Shown here: in pieces, positions 1-7,787 of the stretch | How the letters are laid out: every line of letters starts with the position of its first letter | How positions within the stretch are numbered: position 1 is the stretch's first letter | IMG/VR virus record: IMGVR_UViG_2869271264_000002 | Span: 6,179-70,178 of that record | DNA length: 64,000 bases | Source of the DNA: a virus | Lineage: Duplodnaviria; Caudoviricetes | Strand: one strand, 5' to 3' | Notes under the pieces: generated by a model | Database searches by the model: none | What the model saw: the letters and a program-made list of their open reading frames with translations, nothing else | What the model was told of the DNA's origin: nothing | Program-made: the position numbers and the translations under genes

Positions 1-72
1 TCGGAATGTGCCTTTGGCGCGTTTCTCAGCGTCCGTAAGTCTGCCGTTGCCGCCGCTGCCAATACCGCCCAT
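1..72 (-). CDS. terminase small subunit (P27 family-like), N-terminus only; runs off window
   Basis: GGAGGT RBS then ATG at 72: MGGIGSGGNGRLTDAEKRAKGTFR, resembling the GR..K...GTFR N-terminus of P27-type TerS; not in the ORF track. Confidence 0.6.
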   Translation of the reverse strand, partial: MGGIGSGGNGRLTDAEKRAKGTFR

Positions 73-75
73 AAC

Positions 76-267
76 CTACCTCCCGGCCGGCTTAGGCGCT
101 CCGTATAGGCGCTCACCAACAGCGCGGAGCATTTCGCGATCAGCCCAGGATAGTTTCGGATCGTCCAAACGGACTATCACAATGTTTTGGTCATGAAATG
201 CATGGCGCTTGATGGCTTCGTAGTCGACCGTGTTGGCGAAATTGAGCGGCGATCGTAGGCCGGACAT
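76..267 (-). CDS. hypothetical protein (63 aa)
   Basis: co-oriented ORF tightly packed between the GIY-YIG gene and TerS. Confidence 0.55.
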   Translation of the reverse strand: MSGLRSPLNFANTVDYEAIKRHAFHDQNIVIVRLDDPKLSWADREMLRAVGERLYGAPKPAGR

Positions 268-298
268 TACATACTTCTTGAGGATGATGGTTGCAGGT

Positions 299-1195
299 TC
301 ATGTCTTCGCTCTTGCCGCTCTTTGTCGTTCCAGACGCTCTGCCCGCCACATGGGGTCGGCCCATTTTGATTTGAGTTTGGCGGATCGATTGACGGCCGC
401 TTGTTTGGCTACGTATTCCGGGTCCAGCCAACGCTCGCGAGTGCGCAAGGATGACGCATCGCGATTGATCGCCGCCCTCATCTTTGCCTTGGTCGCCTCG
501 CTGTGTTTTCTGCCCAATCTAGACGCTGCCATTTTCAAGCGCGTCTCGATGGGGAGTTTTACTCCTAGACGCTGCTCAGACAGAATTTTCCTTGTCGCCT
601 CAGACACAACCTTGCCGCGCATTCGATCTGCGATTGCTTTCCGGCCCTCTTCGGACCGACAATATCTTCTCGTCCCCTCGTGGAGTTTGGCCAAACTCTC
701 CGGCGTGCACTTCGCCGCCCGCTCGCGCATATAAGCCCGATAAGAGTCGGTGTCTTGACCGCGCTTGACAGCAGCGCCGGTCCTTCTTCTCTCGTTGGGA
801 TTTTGATACCGCTTGGTGGCGCCATCTGAGAGTTTCTTCTTAATTTCCTCGGACATTTTATGCCCGATAGTGCCGTCGCCGCCGATTGTGCCATTCAGCA
901 GTGGCAATCCAACGAAACGAAGATAGCCAATCCAGAATTGCTCGGCCTCTTGCCATGCGTCGGAGGCAACCCTGTCTAATTCGACAATTTCCGGGAATTC
1001 ACCGGCAAGCAGCAGGTCACAGAGCCATTTGTGACGAGGGATATAAGTTCGGCCGCGCCTGACGTCGCTGACATGGGCGAGAAGGCGAGATTTCAAGGAA
1101 TTCTTGGTCTTTCCAACGTAGCGCAGTTGACCATCGCGGGGATCAATCAGGCCATATATGAAGACGGAAATTTGCTGTATGCTGTCGTTAGCCAC
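299..1195 (-). CDS. GIY-YIG homing endonuclease with NUMOD3-like repeats
   Basis: FIYGLIDPRDGQLRYVGKT..RL..H, EQFWI, NGTIGGDG; C-terminal H(K/S)(M)SEE.K.K(L/M) repeats. Confidence 0.9.
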   Translation of the reverse strand: MANDSIQQISVFIYGLIDPRDGQLRYVGKTKNSLKSRLLAHVSDVRRGRTYIPRHKWLCDLLLAGEFPEIVELDRVASDAWQEAEQFWIGYLRFVGLPLLNGTIGGDGTIGHKMSEEIKKKLSDGATKRYQNPNERRRTGAAVKRGQDTDSYRAYMRERAAKCTPESLAKLHEGTRRYCRSEEGRKAIADRMRGKVVSEATRKILSEQRLGVKLPIETRLKMAASRLGRKHSEATKAKMRAAINRDASSLRTRERWLDPEYVAKQAAVNRSAKLKSKWADPMWRAERLERQRAARAKT

Positions 1196-1261
1196 TCGAT
1201 CCTCACATGATCGTTTCGGTTAGGGCCGTCACGGTGCTTCCAACACCGTGGCGGCTCGCTT

Positions 1262-1978
1262 CTATATAGCCCAGTTCGACAATTCTTGCCACCACTCATC
1301 TGCGAATGGAGCGTCTTCATGCCCCAACATGAATGGCAGCCCATCGGTAAAATGGCATATGTCTGGTTCGATTTCCGGATCACTGTGACCGGCCAGCCAG
1401 TTCCACGAACAATCCAGTTCCCCGATGTCCTTATCTTCCAACCAGCAGAAGGCATGTAATTCACGCCCAGGCAGTGAGTTCACCATCTCCACTGTCAAAG
1501 CAGCGTTCGCCGGGTGCGACGCATTGAAAGCGCAAACGCTTGACCAATTTTTTCGAGAATACCTGGTTTGAATTTGACCATCCATCTTGATCCCTTCCGG
1601 CGGCTGAAAGTTGTGCTTGACAACCATCACTGCCTTCGACGGGTCGAGAAGTTTGAACAGCCTTTCGACGTTTGAACGGACTAGCATATCGCTGTCCATA
1701 AAGATTGCCCATCCGCTACCCGCCAGATGAGGGCACAGGAACCTAGAGATCGCAAATTCGGTACTCATTGGAGCACCGGAGATGTCATCCCAAAGGCGAC
1801 CATCGCGCACGGTAGTCGGTCGAGTGTATAGGCCGCGAGCGCGAAGATCCGCAAGAACCAGACCTCTCACGGGGACGGGGGTTATAAGATGTTTGTTCAG
1901 CGAATACCTTGTCACGGCGAACGCCGCAGCCTCGCGCGGATCGAATCCGATGTAGAAGGCGTGCTTGACGTGCCTCAT
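1262..1978 (-). CDS. glycosyltransferase (GT-A fold, GT8-like phage family)
   Basis: YIGFDPRE, STEFAISRFL, FMDSDML (DxD), RKNWSS, WNWL, HFTDGLP. Confidence 0.8.
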   Translation of the reverse strand: MRHVKHAFYIGFDPREAAAFAVTRYSLNKHLITPVPVRGLVLADLRARGLYTRPTTVRDGRLWDDISGAPMSTEFAISRFLCPHLAGSGWAIFMDSDMLVRSNVERLFKLLDPSKAVMVVKHNFQPPEGIKMDGQIQTRYSRKNWSSVCAFNASHPANAALTVEMVNSLPGRELHAFCWLEDKDIGELDCSWNWLAGHSDPEIEPDICHFTDGLPFMLGHEDAPFADEWWQELSNWAI

Positions 1979-2694
1979 TGGTCTTTTCTCTTGCCCTTGT
2001 GATGCTCAGTGCAGGCTGCCAATGGCGTCTTGGGCCAGGCATGCCCGCGGGCGCCGGTCGGATTGAGATCGCTGACCTTCAGTTCCGGTTCCGTCTCGAG
2101 CGCGCGGTCCCAGACGAAGGCGGAATGCCATTCGGTGAGTTTGAACACTGAGTCGTTGAGGTAGAAGTCGGCGAACAGGCGCAGCACGCGCCGCGTACCC
2201 GGGCTCATGCGCATGGCGTAGAAGCCGATTTCCGTGTGACGCCCCGGCCGCCTGATGCAGGCTACGTCCGCGCCGTCGAGCAGCGATTCAATCCAGCCGG
2301 CCGGAACCGTCGCGGTGGTTTCGGTGTCGGCGTCGAACCAGACGAAGATGTCGCCATCCTCAAGACCTTCGATGCCCGGGATGGGTGCCAGCGCCTGCGG
2401 CATCCACTTCACAGCGTCATGGCGCCATGAGTAGCCGTTCTCGTTCGTTTTCGTGCCCGCCGGCGCCCGATGGCCCATGGCGGCCATTTCGCTGCTCCAG
2501 CGGTCCAGGAATGCCCGGTAGCCGTTGATCAGTTCCAGCGGCGCTTGCTTGCCACGCGGGAGGCCAATGAAGCGGTCGGTGACCATGACCAGTTCGACAT
2601 CCGCCGGCCAATAATCCGCGAAAGTCTGCGCGAACGTGCGGCCATAGCGTTCCCATGCCGTGCCCCAGCAAAGGGAGCAGACTCGAACAGTCAT
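1975..2694 (-). CDS. putative glycosyltransferase (GT-A fold)
   Basis: WFDADT DxD motif, TEIGFYAM, EWHSAFVWD, HHKGKRK; start reassigned to ATG 2694 (AAGGA RBS). Confidence 0.65.
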   Translation of the reverse strand: MTVRVCSLCWGTAWERYGRTFAQTFADYWPADVELVMVTDRFIGLPRGKQAPLELINGYRAFLDRWSSEMAAMGHRAPAGTKTNENGYSWRHDAVKWMPQALAPIPGIEGLEDGDIFVWFDADTETTATVPAGWIESLLDGADVACIRRPGRHTEIGFYAMRMSPGTRRVLRLFADFYLNDSVFKLTEWHSAFVWDRALETEPELKVSDLNPTGARGHAWPKTPLAACTEHHKGKRKDQ

Positions 2695-2726
2695 CAGCAA
2701 ATCCTTGTTGGGGAGGCCAGAAACGC

Positions 2727-2750
2727 AAATGGCGGTCCGAAGACCGCCAT
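2727..2750 (-). terminator. intrinsic terminator-like hairpin closing the pentamer array
   Basis: ATGGCGGTC-TTCG-GACCGCCAT, perfect 9-bp stem with UUCG loop, followed by TTGCGTTTC (weak U tract). Confidence 0.7.
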
Positions 2751-2769
2751 ATCCTTGCAAAACAGCAAC

Positions 2770-2879
2770 TTGCCACGCCCTGCGCTACCTAACCTTGGTC
2801 AGCGCCGCCTAACCATGCCGCGCCGGACCACGCCATACAATGCCCGACGATGCGCAGCCTGATCGGACCGTGAGCAGCC
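2770..2879 (-). ncRNA. GGY-NN pentamer array, putative guide RNA of the adjacent RAMP protein (VIPR-like)
   Basis: 22 in-register 5-nt units: GGCTG CTCAC GGTCC GATCA GGCTG CGCAT CGTCG GGCAT TGTAT GGCGT GGTCC GGCGC GGCAT GGTTA GGCGG CGCTG ACCAA GGTTA GGTAG CGCAG GGCGT GGCAA; 14/22 start GGY, 19/22 have G at position 2, 22/22 have a pyrimidine at position 3; begins at the RAMP stop codon and ends before a terminator. Confidence 0.8.
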
Positions 2880-3490
2880 TAAGCTGCCTGTAGAAGACCG
2901 CCGCCGTCTTTCACTATTTCCCATCGGGAAACAACGAAACGACCGAAGGGGCCCTTTCGGGCCGGACGAAAGTCGCCGAGCCCGATCTTCTTACCAGCGT
3001 CATCCACAACTGCACGGACAAGCGATGGTGAAAACATTGTTTCGTCCACGTCCAAGGTGAACTTTGCCGCCCATACGTCTACGCGCGGTCGATGACACAT
3101 GATGCGGCCGCCAGTCGACGGGATAACGACCGAACGGCTATCGACTTCCCATTCCGTCAGCGGATCACCATCAAGGTCAGTCAAATTGCAGACAAGGTCA
3201 TCAACCATGATGCCGGCAGGAATGAGTGATGTCCGCAGCGTGGTTAGTTTCGATTTCCCAGCCTTGTGGAATGTTCCCGCCGCAATGATGCACGCGAAAA
3301 TGTTCGGGCCGGGGATATAGAGTTTGCCGTCACCATCAGCATACCGCTTCGGCTCCGCCTGCTGCCTTGGTGTCCCGCGGTCGCCCTTGAAATTCACCGA
3401 TGTACCGCTTGAAACGGCCACTTCGTTATGCTCGGTGAACCTGTTCATCAACAGGGGCGTAATGCCCTGAATGGTCACTTGGATTTTCAT
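2879..3490 (-). CDS. stand-alone RAMP-superfamily (Cas7/Csm3-like) protein, 203 aa
   Basis: N-terminal strand IQVTIQGITPLLM, YIPGPNIFACI (cf. Csm3 YIPGSSLKG), C-terminal glycine loop GLGDFRPARKGPFGRF; GAGGA RBS before ATG 3490; no other cas genes or CRISPR array in the window. Confidence 0.8.
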   Translation of the reverse strand: MKIQVTIQGITPLLMNRFTEHNEVAVSSGTSVNFKGDRGTPRQQAEPKRYADGDGKLYIPGPNIFACIIAAGTFHKAGKSKLTTLRTSLIPAGIMVDDLVCNLTDLDGDPLTEWEVDSRSVVIPSTGGRIMCHRPRVDVWAAKFTLDVDETMFSPSLVRAVVDDAGKKIGLGDFRPARKGPFGRFVVSRWEIVKDGGGLLQAA

Positions 3491-3531
3491 TCGGTCCTCT
3501 GGTCGCCTTGCCATCCGCCTAAATGGCGAAT

Positions 3532-3591
3532 AACGATTATCGTTTAGGCGAACATATTTCGTCAGTCTAGACTTGTCAAACGATTTTCGTT
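3532..3591. promoter_or_regulatory. paired palindromic operators AACGATTWTCGTT
   Basis: AACGATTATCGTT at 3532-3544 and AACGATTTTCGTT at 3579-3591 flank the promoter; degenerate copy at 3551-3563. Confidence 0.65.
3551..3579 (-). promoter_or_regulatory. sigma70-type promoter of the RAMP-array unit
   Basis: TTGACA (3579-3574), 17-nt spacer, TATGTT (3556-3551) on the minus strand. Confidence 0.7.
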
Positions 3592-3624
3592 ATGGTTATC
3601 GAAAATCACTTGCAAGGAGAAACC

Positions 3625-3861
3625 ATGACAATCACTCCAGAGCAATGCCGGGCCGCTCGCGCTCTCCTCGATATCTCGCAGGCAGATATGGCAGATATGG
3701 CATCAATCAGCCTCAGCACGCTCCGCAACTTTGAGGCCGGAAGATCCACTCCAATGGCAAACAATTTGACAGCACTCGAAGAGGCCATAAAGCGCTCCGG
3801 TGTCATCCTGCTGGCGAAGAATGATTTAATAGACGGCGGCGCTGGAGTTCGACTCTCTTAA
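3625..3861 (+). CDS. XRE-family HTH transcriptional regulator
   Basis: ITPEQCRAARALLDISQADMADMASISLSTLRNFEAG...GGAGVRL; AAGGAG RBS; divergent from the RAMP gene. Confidence 0.9.
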   Translation: MTITPEQCRAARALLDISQADMADMASISLSTLRNFEAGRSTPMANNLTALEEAIKRSGVILLAKNDLIDGGAGVRLS

Positions 3862-4454
3862 CCGTCGACCAATCCGCCGTGCATCCTGATGACGACGTTG
3901 CAGACGTAGGGCTGGAAGTAGATCAATGTCCTCGCCATCGAGGCGACTTCGCTTGCCTCGAGGAATCTCTTCTTCGGGTGCTCATCACGCCGGCGAATGA
4001 GGTTGTCGACGTCAGTCCTGGATGTCGTCATGCGGCAGTCGCCGATGATCCCCGGGGAGATGCCGACCAGTTGCTGATGCTGCGTCAGACGCTTGGTTTC
4101 GATGTAGCTGTGGATCAGCGCCTTCGATGAAGCGTAGTTCTCATCGAATGATCCTCGGTATCCGCTTTCGGACCCAATGATGCAGACCCGGGCGAATTCG
4201 TTGCCGGCGAAGATCAGGTCGCAGGCGCGGACGATCGAGGTGTAGTTTACCTCGATGCCTTCCTTGATCTCGGCTTCAGTCTGATCGTCGTACTTCTTCG
4301 GACGAAGCAGGCCCTGGCAGAACAGATAGCGCTGCGCGTCGATCGGGAAGTTCGGCTCCATCGGCTTGCCGTGGACGGTGACTTCGGCAGAACGGAGAAG
4401 TGTGCGGAACGCTTCGGCTATGGCACTGCGCCAGCCGGTGATGACGATGGTCAT
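3858..4454 (-). CDS. short-chain dehydrogenase/reductase (SDR)-like oxidoreductase
   Basis: IVITGWRS, IEVNY, IIGSESG, YASSK (YxxxK), ISPGII. Confidence 0.75.
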   Translation of the reverse strand: MTIVITGWRSAIAEAFRTLLRSAEVTVHGKPMEPNFPIDAQRYLFCQGLLRPKKYDDQTEAEIKEGIEVNYTSIVRACDLIFAGNEFARVCIIGSESGYRGSFDENYASSKALIHSYIETKRLTQHQQLVGISPGIIGDCRMTTSRTDVDNLIRRRDEHPKKRFLEASEVASMARTLIYFQPYVCNVVIRMHGGLVDG

Positions 4455-4455
4455 G

Positions 4456-4506
4456 TCACAACCCGATAGAGCCGAAAAGATCGGCCAAAAGATCGGCCAA
4501 AGACAT
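4456..4506 (-). CDS. possible 16-aa coupling peptide MSLADLLADLFGSIGL
   Basis: TGATG overlap with the upstream stop; its own stop lies 1 nt before the SDR ATG; contains a 12-bp tandem repeat. Confidence 0.3.
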   Translation of the reverse strand: MSLADLLADLFGSIGL

Positions 4507-5498
4507 CACGCGATCATCCCCTTGATGATCCGCTCGGCCTGTATCACCGCATCGATCTTGCCTGCGCGGACTCTCAGCGCGCGCTCGCCGACGCGAACGA
4601 CGTCAACCAATCGACTGTCTGACCCTGAAAGCGGCATGGCGCGGATGCTGAGGCGGTAATCCGCCACTTGATAGAGATCGCGCACCGCCGGGTAGAAGCC
4701 GGCCATGTCGCTGATCATGAACTGTGCCTGCCGCTCAATGTCCGCGGCGCTCAGACCATCAAGCAGGGCCTTCGCCTCACCCCAGGTCTTGCAGTTCTTC
4801 GAAAACGGCGTCCATTTCGCCGAAGAGAGGCTCGACAGACCGAGATCCTCGTTCCACACGTAAAGGCTGGGGAACGGACCGTCTGTAATTGTGACGCACT
4901 TGTCGGTAGGCCCATTCAGAAGGACCACAAGGCAGGGTTCGTAACGATCGACCCCGGCGCTGTCATTGGCGCAAAAGGTGCAGTCGATACTTAGATCATA
5001 GTCGCGGCTATCGACCTCGCCGACTGTCGTGTTGAACTTGATTGCCCCGTCCAGTTCCTTCGCAAAGAAGGCCTTGGCGTCGTCGACCACGATATGGCGC
5101 TCGCCGAGCATCACGCCGCCCTCGACATAGGTCAGGCCGAACTCGGCCGGATCGTAGAGGGTCAGGAACTCGACTTGATCGCGTAGGATCCTCGTGTAGG
5201 TGCCGAAGTCGATCAGCGAATGGTCACGCGCGACCGCATAGATGTTCACCGGGATTGACCGTGTGAATTGCCCGTATCGCTCAAGGAACTCGACCTGGTG
5301 CTCTTGGCAGGCCTTCTGCGTGGCGGAGGACCGCGGATAGTGCGGAGCTCCAAGATGCAGCCTGGCCGGGATGTTTCCCGATGCGCCGTTGAAGATGCGG
5401 CCGCTGCTCTCATGCACCTCGACGTCATGGCCGGCGGCGATCAGCGCCAATCCGATGGAGCAACCGAACCAGCCGGCGCCAAGGACGCGAACCCTCAT
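4506..5498 (-). CDS. FAD-dependent oxidoreductase
   Basis: VLGAGWFG Rossmann motif, GASGNIPARLHLG..HYPRS; start reassigned to 5498. Confidence 0.8.
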   Translation of the reverse strand: MRVRVLGAGWFGCSIGLALIAAGHDVEVHESSGRIFNGASGNIPARLHLGAPHYPRSSATQKACQEHQVEFLERYGQFTRSIPVNIYAVARDHSLIDFGTYTRILRDQVEFLTLYDPAEFGLTYVEGGVMLGERHIVVDDAKAFFAKELDGAIKFNTTVGEVDSRDYDLSIDCTFCANDSAGVDRYEPCLVVLLNGPTDKCVTITDGPFPSLYVWNEDLGLSSLSSAKWTPFSKNCKTWGEAKALLDGLSAADIERQAQFMISDMAGFYPAVRDLYQVADYRLSIRAMPLSGSDSRLVDVVRVGERALRVRAGKIDAVIQAERIIKGMIA

Positions 5499-6079
5499 AT
5501 GGAGAACCGTTCGACAAAGACGCCGTCGGCGCGCTTCTCGCGCACGGACAGGACGACTTCGATGGGCTTCTCGCGCTTGATCGCCGTCATCCAGCGAGTG
5601 GCGTTCCAGCCGAAAGGATGCAGGTCCGGCTTCTTGAAAACCTTCTTCTTCACCGGCGCGATCTTCTCGGCGATGTAGAGCGCCTTGTTCGACAGCGAGT
5701 AGAGCCGGTCGAGCACCCACGGCAGATCAAGGACCGGAATCGATCCCAAGACATGCGTGCAGATGACCAAGTCGAACTTGCCAATAGGCTCGGCGGCAAA
5801 TGGCGGATAGGCCGGGTCAAATTTGGTGACCGGGATGCCCCAATATTCCTCAATCGTCATGCCGACCGGGATGGACCCGGTCGGATCGGCGTTGCGCCAG
5901 GCGTATTGCTCGCCCTTGCCGCAGCCGTAGTCGAGAATCGTCTCGCAACCCAGGCGCTCGATGATCTCCTTGATGAAAGGAGCGTGCGGCCGCAGGAACT
6001 TGCCGGAATAGGTCTTGTGCTCGGCGTGGTGACGCGTGGCGTCAGCAAGCGCGGCCCGGTACTGCTCGCTCGGTTTCAT
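5495..6079 (-). CDS. class I SAM-dependent methyltransferase
   Basis: ILDYGCGKG motif I, FDPAY, FDLVICTHVLGSI. Confidence 0.85.
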   Translation of the reverse strand: MKPSEQYRAALADATRHHAEHKTYSGKFLRPHAPFIKEIIERLGCETILDYGCGKGEQYAWRNADPTGSIPVGMTIEEYWGIPVTKFDPAYPPFAAEPIGKFDLVICTHVLGSIPVLDLPWVLDRLYSLSNKALYIAEKIAPVKKKVFKKPDLHPFGWNATRWMTAIKREKPIEVVLSVREKRADGVFVERFSI

Positions 6080-6081
6080 GA

Positions 6082-6942
6082 TTACCCGTAAATCTGCGGA
6101 CGGATGATCTGCCACGCCTCGCCGTCTGCGTATTCCGGCAGAGTGAATTGGGCGTATGCAAGATTCGCCAGCCACTGGTTCCGATCACGACGTTTGACCA
6201 TCAGTGGCGACTCGATGTCAGCCAGCTTGACCGACGAGATCGGCTTCGCCACCGCATCACCAAGTACAACGCATGGAATGCCGGCGAGGACAGCTTCAAA
6301 GCAGGCGTTCGAGCCGTGGGTGACGACCGCGTGCGCGCCGTCGAGAACTTGGTCGATGGTCTCGCCTTCCCCGTAGGAGAACCGAGCACCGTCGATCGCA
6401 ACCGCTTCTTTCCAGCTTGGCTTCGGCCGATAAACGATCGGGCGGTCGCTGAACTGGCGGAGATGTCGGACAAGGCTTTCTGCGTATTCAGTGGGCTCCG
6501 GAAGCCCATAGAAAGCGTTGTATTTGGCCGATGATCCAGCGATGACAATGTGGTCACCGATGGTCCGCCATGGCTTGACCTTCAGGCGCAGTCTCTGCAG
6601 CCGGTCCGCCGGCCGCGGCGTCTTCATCAGATACCGCGTCGGGTGATGACCGTCGACCGACACGCGCCAGTATTCCCATGTCTTGATCGGGCCGCCGGCG
6701 CTGTGCCGCGAATAACCCTTATCCAAAAGGATGGTGTGAATCCCTGCGCGCCAGTTCGCCTGATAGAGTTCCTTGCTCTTCACGCCGACCATGACCGCGA
6801 CTTCGCAATCTGAAGCGACCTGAACATCGCCATCCAACTGCCTGACAACCGCCTCGTCGCCGTGTTCGATCACGCCGCGCGCGAAGGCATCGGCAAGCAG
6901 ACCCTCACGGGGTTTAGACGAGCGATAAAAGCAGACCTTCAA
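6082..6942 (-). CDS. KpsC/KpsS-like (GT-B) glycosyltransferase, paralog 1
   Basis: IVYRPKP...VVTHGSNACFEAVLAGIP...R..WL..LAYAQF. Confidence 0.55.
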   Translation of the reverse strand: MKVCFYRSSKPREGLLADAFARGVIEHGDEAVVRQLDGDVQVASDCEVAVMVGVKSKELYQANWRAGIHTILLDKGYSRHSAGGPIKTWEYWRVSVDGHHPTRYLMKTPRPADRLQRLRLKVKPWRTIGDHIVIAGSSAKYNAFYGLPEPTEYAESLVRHLRQFSDRPIVYRPKPSWKEAVAIDGARFSYGEGETIDQVLDGAHAVVTHGSNACFEAVLAGIPCVVLGDAVAKPISSVKLADIESPLMVKRRDRNQWLANLAYAQFTLPEYADGEAWQIIRPQIYG

Positions 6943-7787
6943 GGCAAGAGCCCTTCCGATTTAAGATGCCGCCAGGCGACACCCTCAGTCATTTCCTGCA
7001 CGTCGAACTGGCACCAAGCGATGTCGTTGACGAGTTGCTCGCGGTCACCGTGGCGCCGCGGCTCTTCGATCTTCGATAGGTCAGACAATGCCAACGGAGA
7101 CGCGAGCCCTTCCATGCAGAAGGCAGGCACGCCAGCAATCAATCCATCGATCGAAACATTCGAGTGATGCGTGACCACCGCATGGCAGCCCACCAGCATC
7201 TTCCTGACGTCGTCGCGAGTCTGTTGGAACATCGATCCCGGGATAGGCGACGCACCAAGCCAACTGGGCTTCGCGCGGTAGATGATCGGGCGATCGGTAT
7301 GCCTGCGGAGTTCCGCGACCGCCCAGCGCTCCCATTCCTCCGGTGCAAAGCCGTCAACGACGGCGCCCTTGTCGCTTGTTCCGGCAACCAAGATGTGGCT
7401 ACCTGTCGTCCATTCGCTGAATTTTATCCCGAACTTGGCGGCGCGTGAGCCGTCATGGCTGCGGTTCTGGAAATAGGAGGTTGGGTGCCGACCGTTGACC
7501 GAGACCTTGTGATAACCAGTCCAGCGCCCGAGATCCTTACGGCCCCAATATCCGAGATCGACATAGACAACCGGCCGGCCGGCATCCCGATAGCCCTTGA
7601 AAACAGCCCGGAGCGTTTCGTCAAAGCCATAAAAGACGGCGATATCCGAGTCCGGAGATTTGAAAGACGTCGAAGGCATGACGCGAACATTGTCGCCCAC
7701 CCGATGGATGCCCTGCGCCATTGCCGCGCCGATGAGCATTGACCGCTTGTGCGCCGGAATCTGATAGACCGTTACCCGAGCAGACAC
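6939..7787 (-). CDS. KpsC/KpsS-like (GT-B) glycosyltransferase, paralog 2
   Basis: IIYRAKP...VVTHHSNVSIDGLIAGVP...R..L...IAWCQF. Confidence 0.55.
   Translation of the reverse strand: MSARVTVYQIPAHKRSMLIGAAMAQGIHRVGDNVRVMPSTSFKSPDSDIAVFYGFDETLRAVFKGYRDAGRPVVYVDLGYWGRKDLGRWTGYHKVSVNGRHPTSYFQNRSHDGSRAAKFGIKFSEWTTGSHILVAGTSDKGAVVDGFAPEEWERWAVAELRRHTDRPIIYRAKPSWLGASPIPGSMFQQTRDDVRKMLVGCHAVVTHHSNVSIDGLIAGVPAFCMEGLASPLALSDLSKIEEPRRHGDREQLVNDIAWCQFDVQEMTEGVAWRHLKSEGLLP

Noticed and set aside
2770-2879. Classical CRISPR array next to the Cas7-like gene
   Set aside because: No 23-47 bp repeats with unique spacers; the periodicity is 5 nt
2770-2879. Pentamer tract as the coding start of ORF 2470..2862, or as a simple microsatellite
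   Set aside because: A period of 5 does not fit codon structure, the variable positions never settle to one unit, and the ORF lies antisense to a real gene
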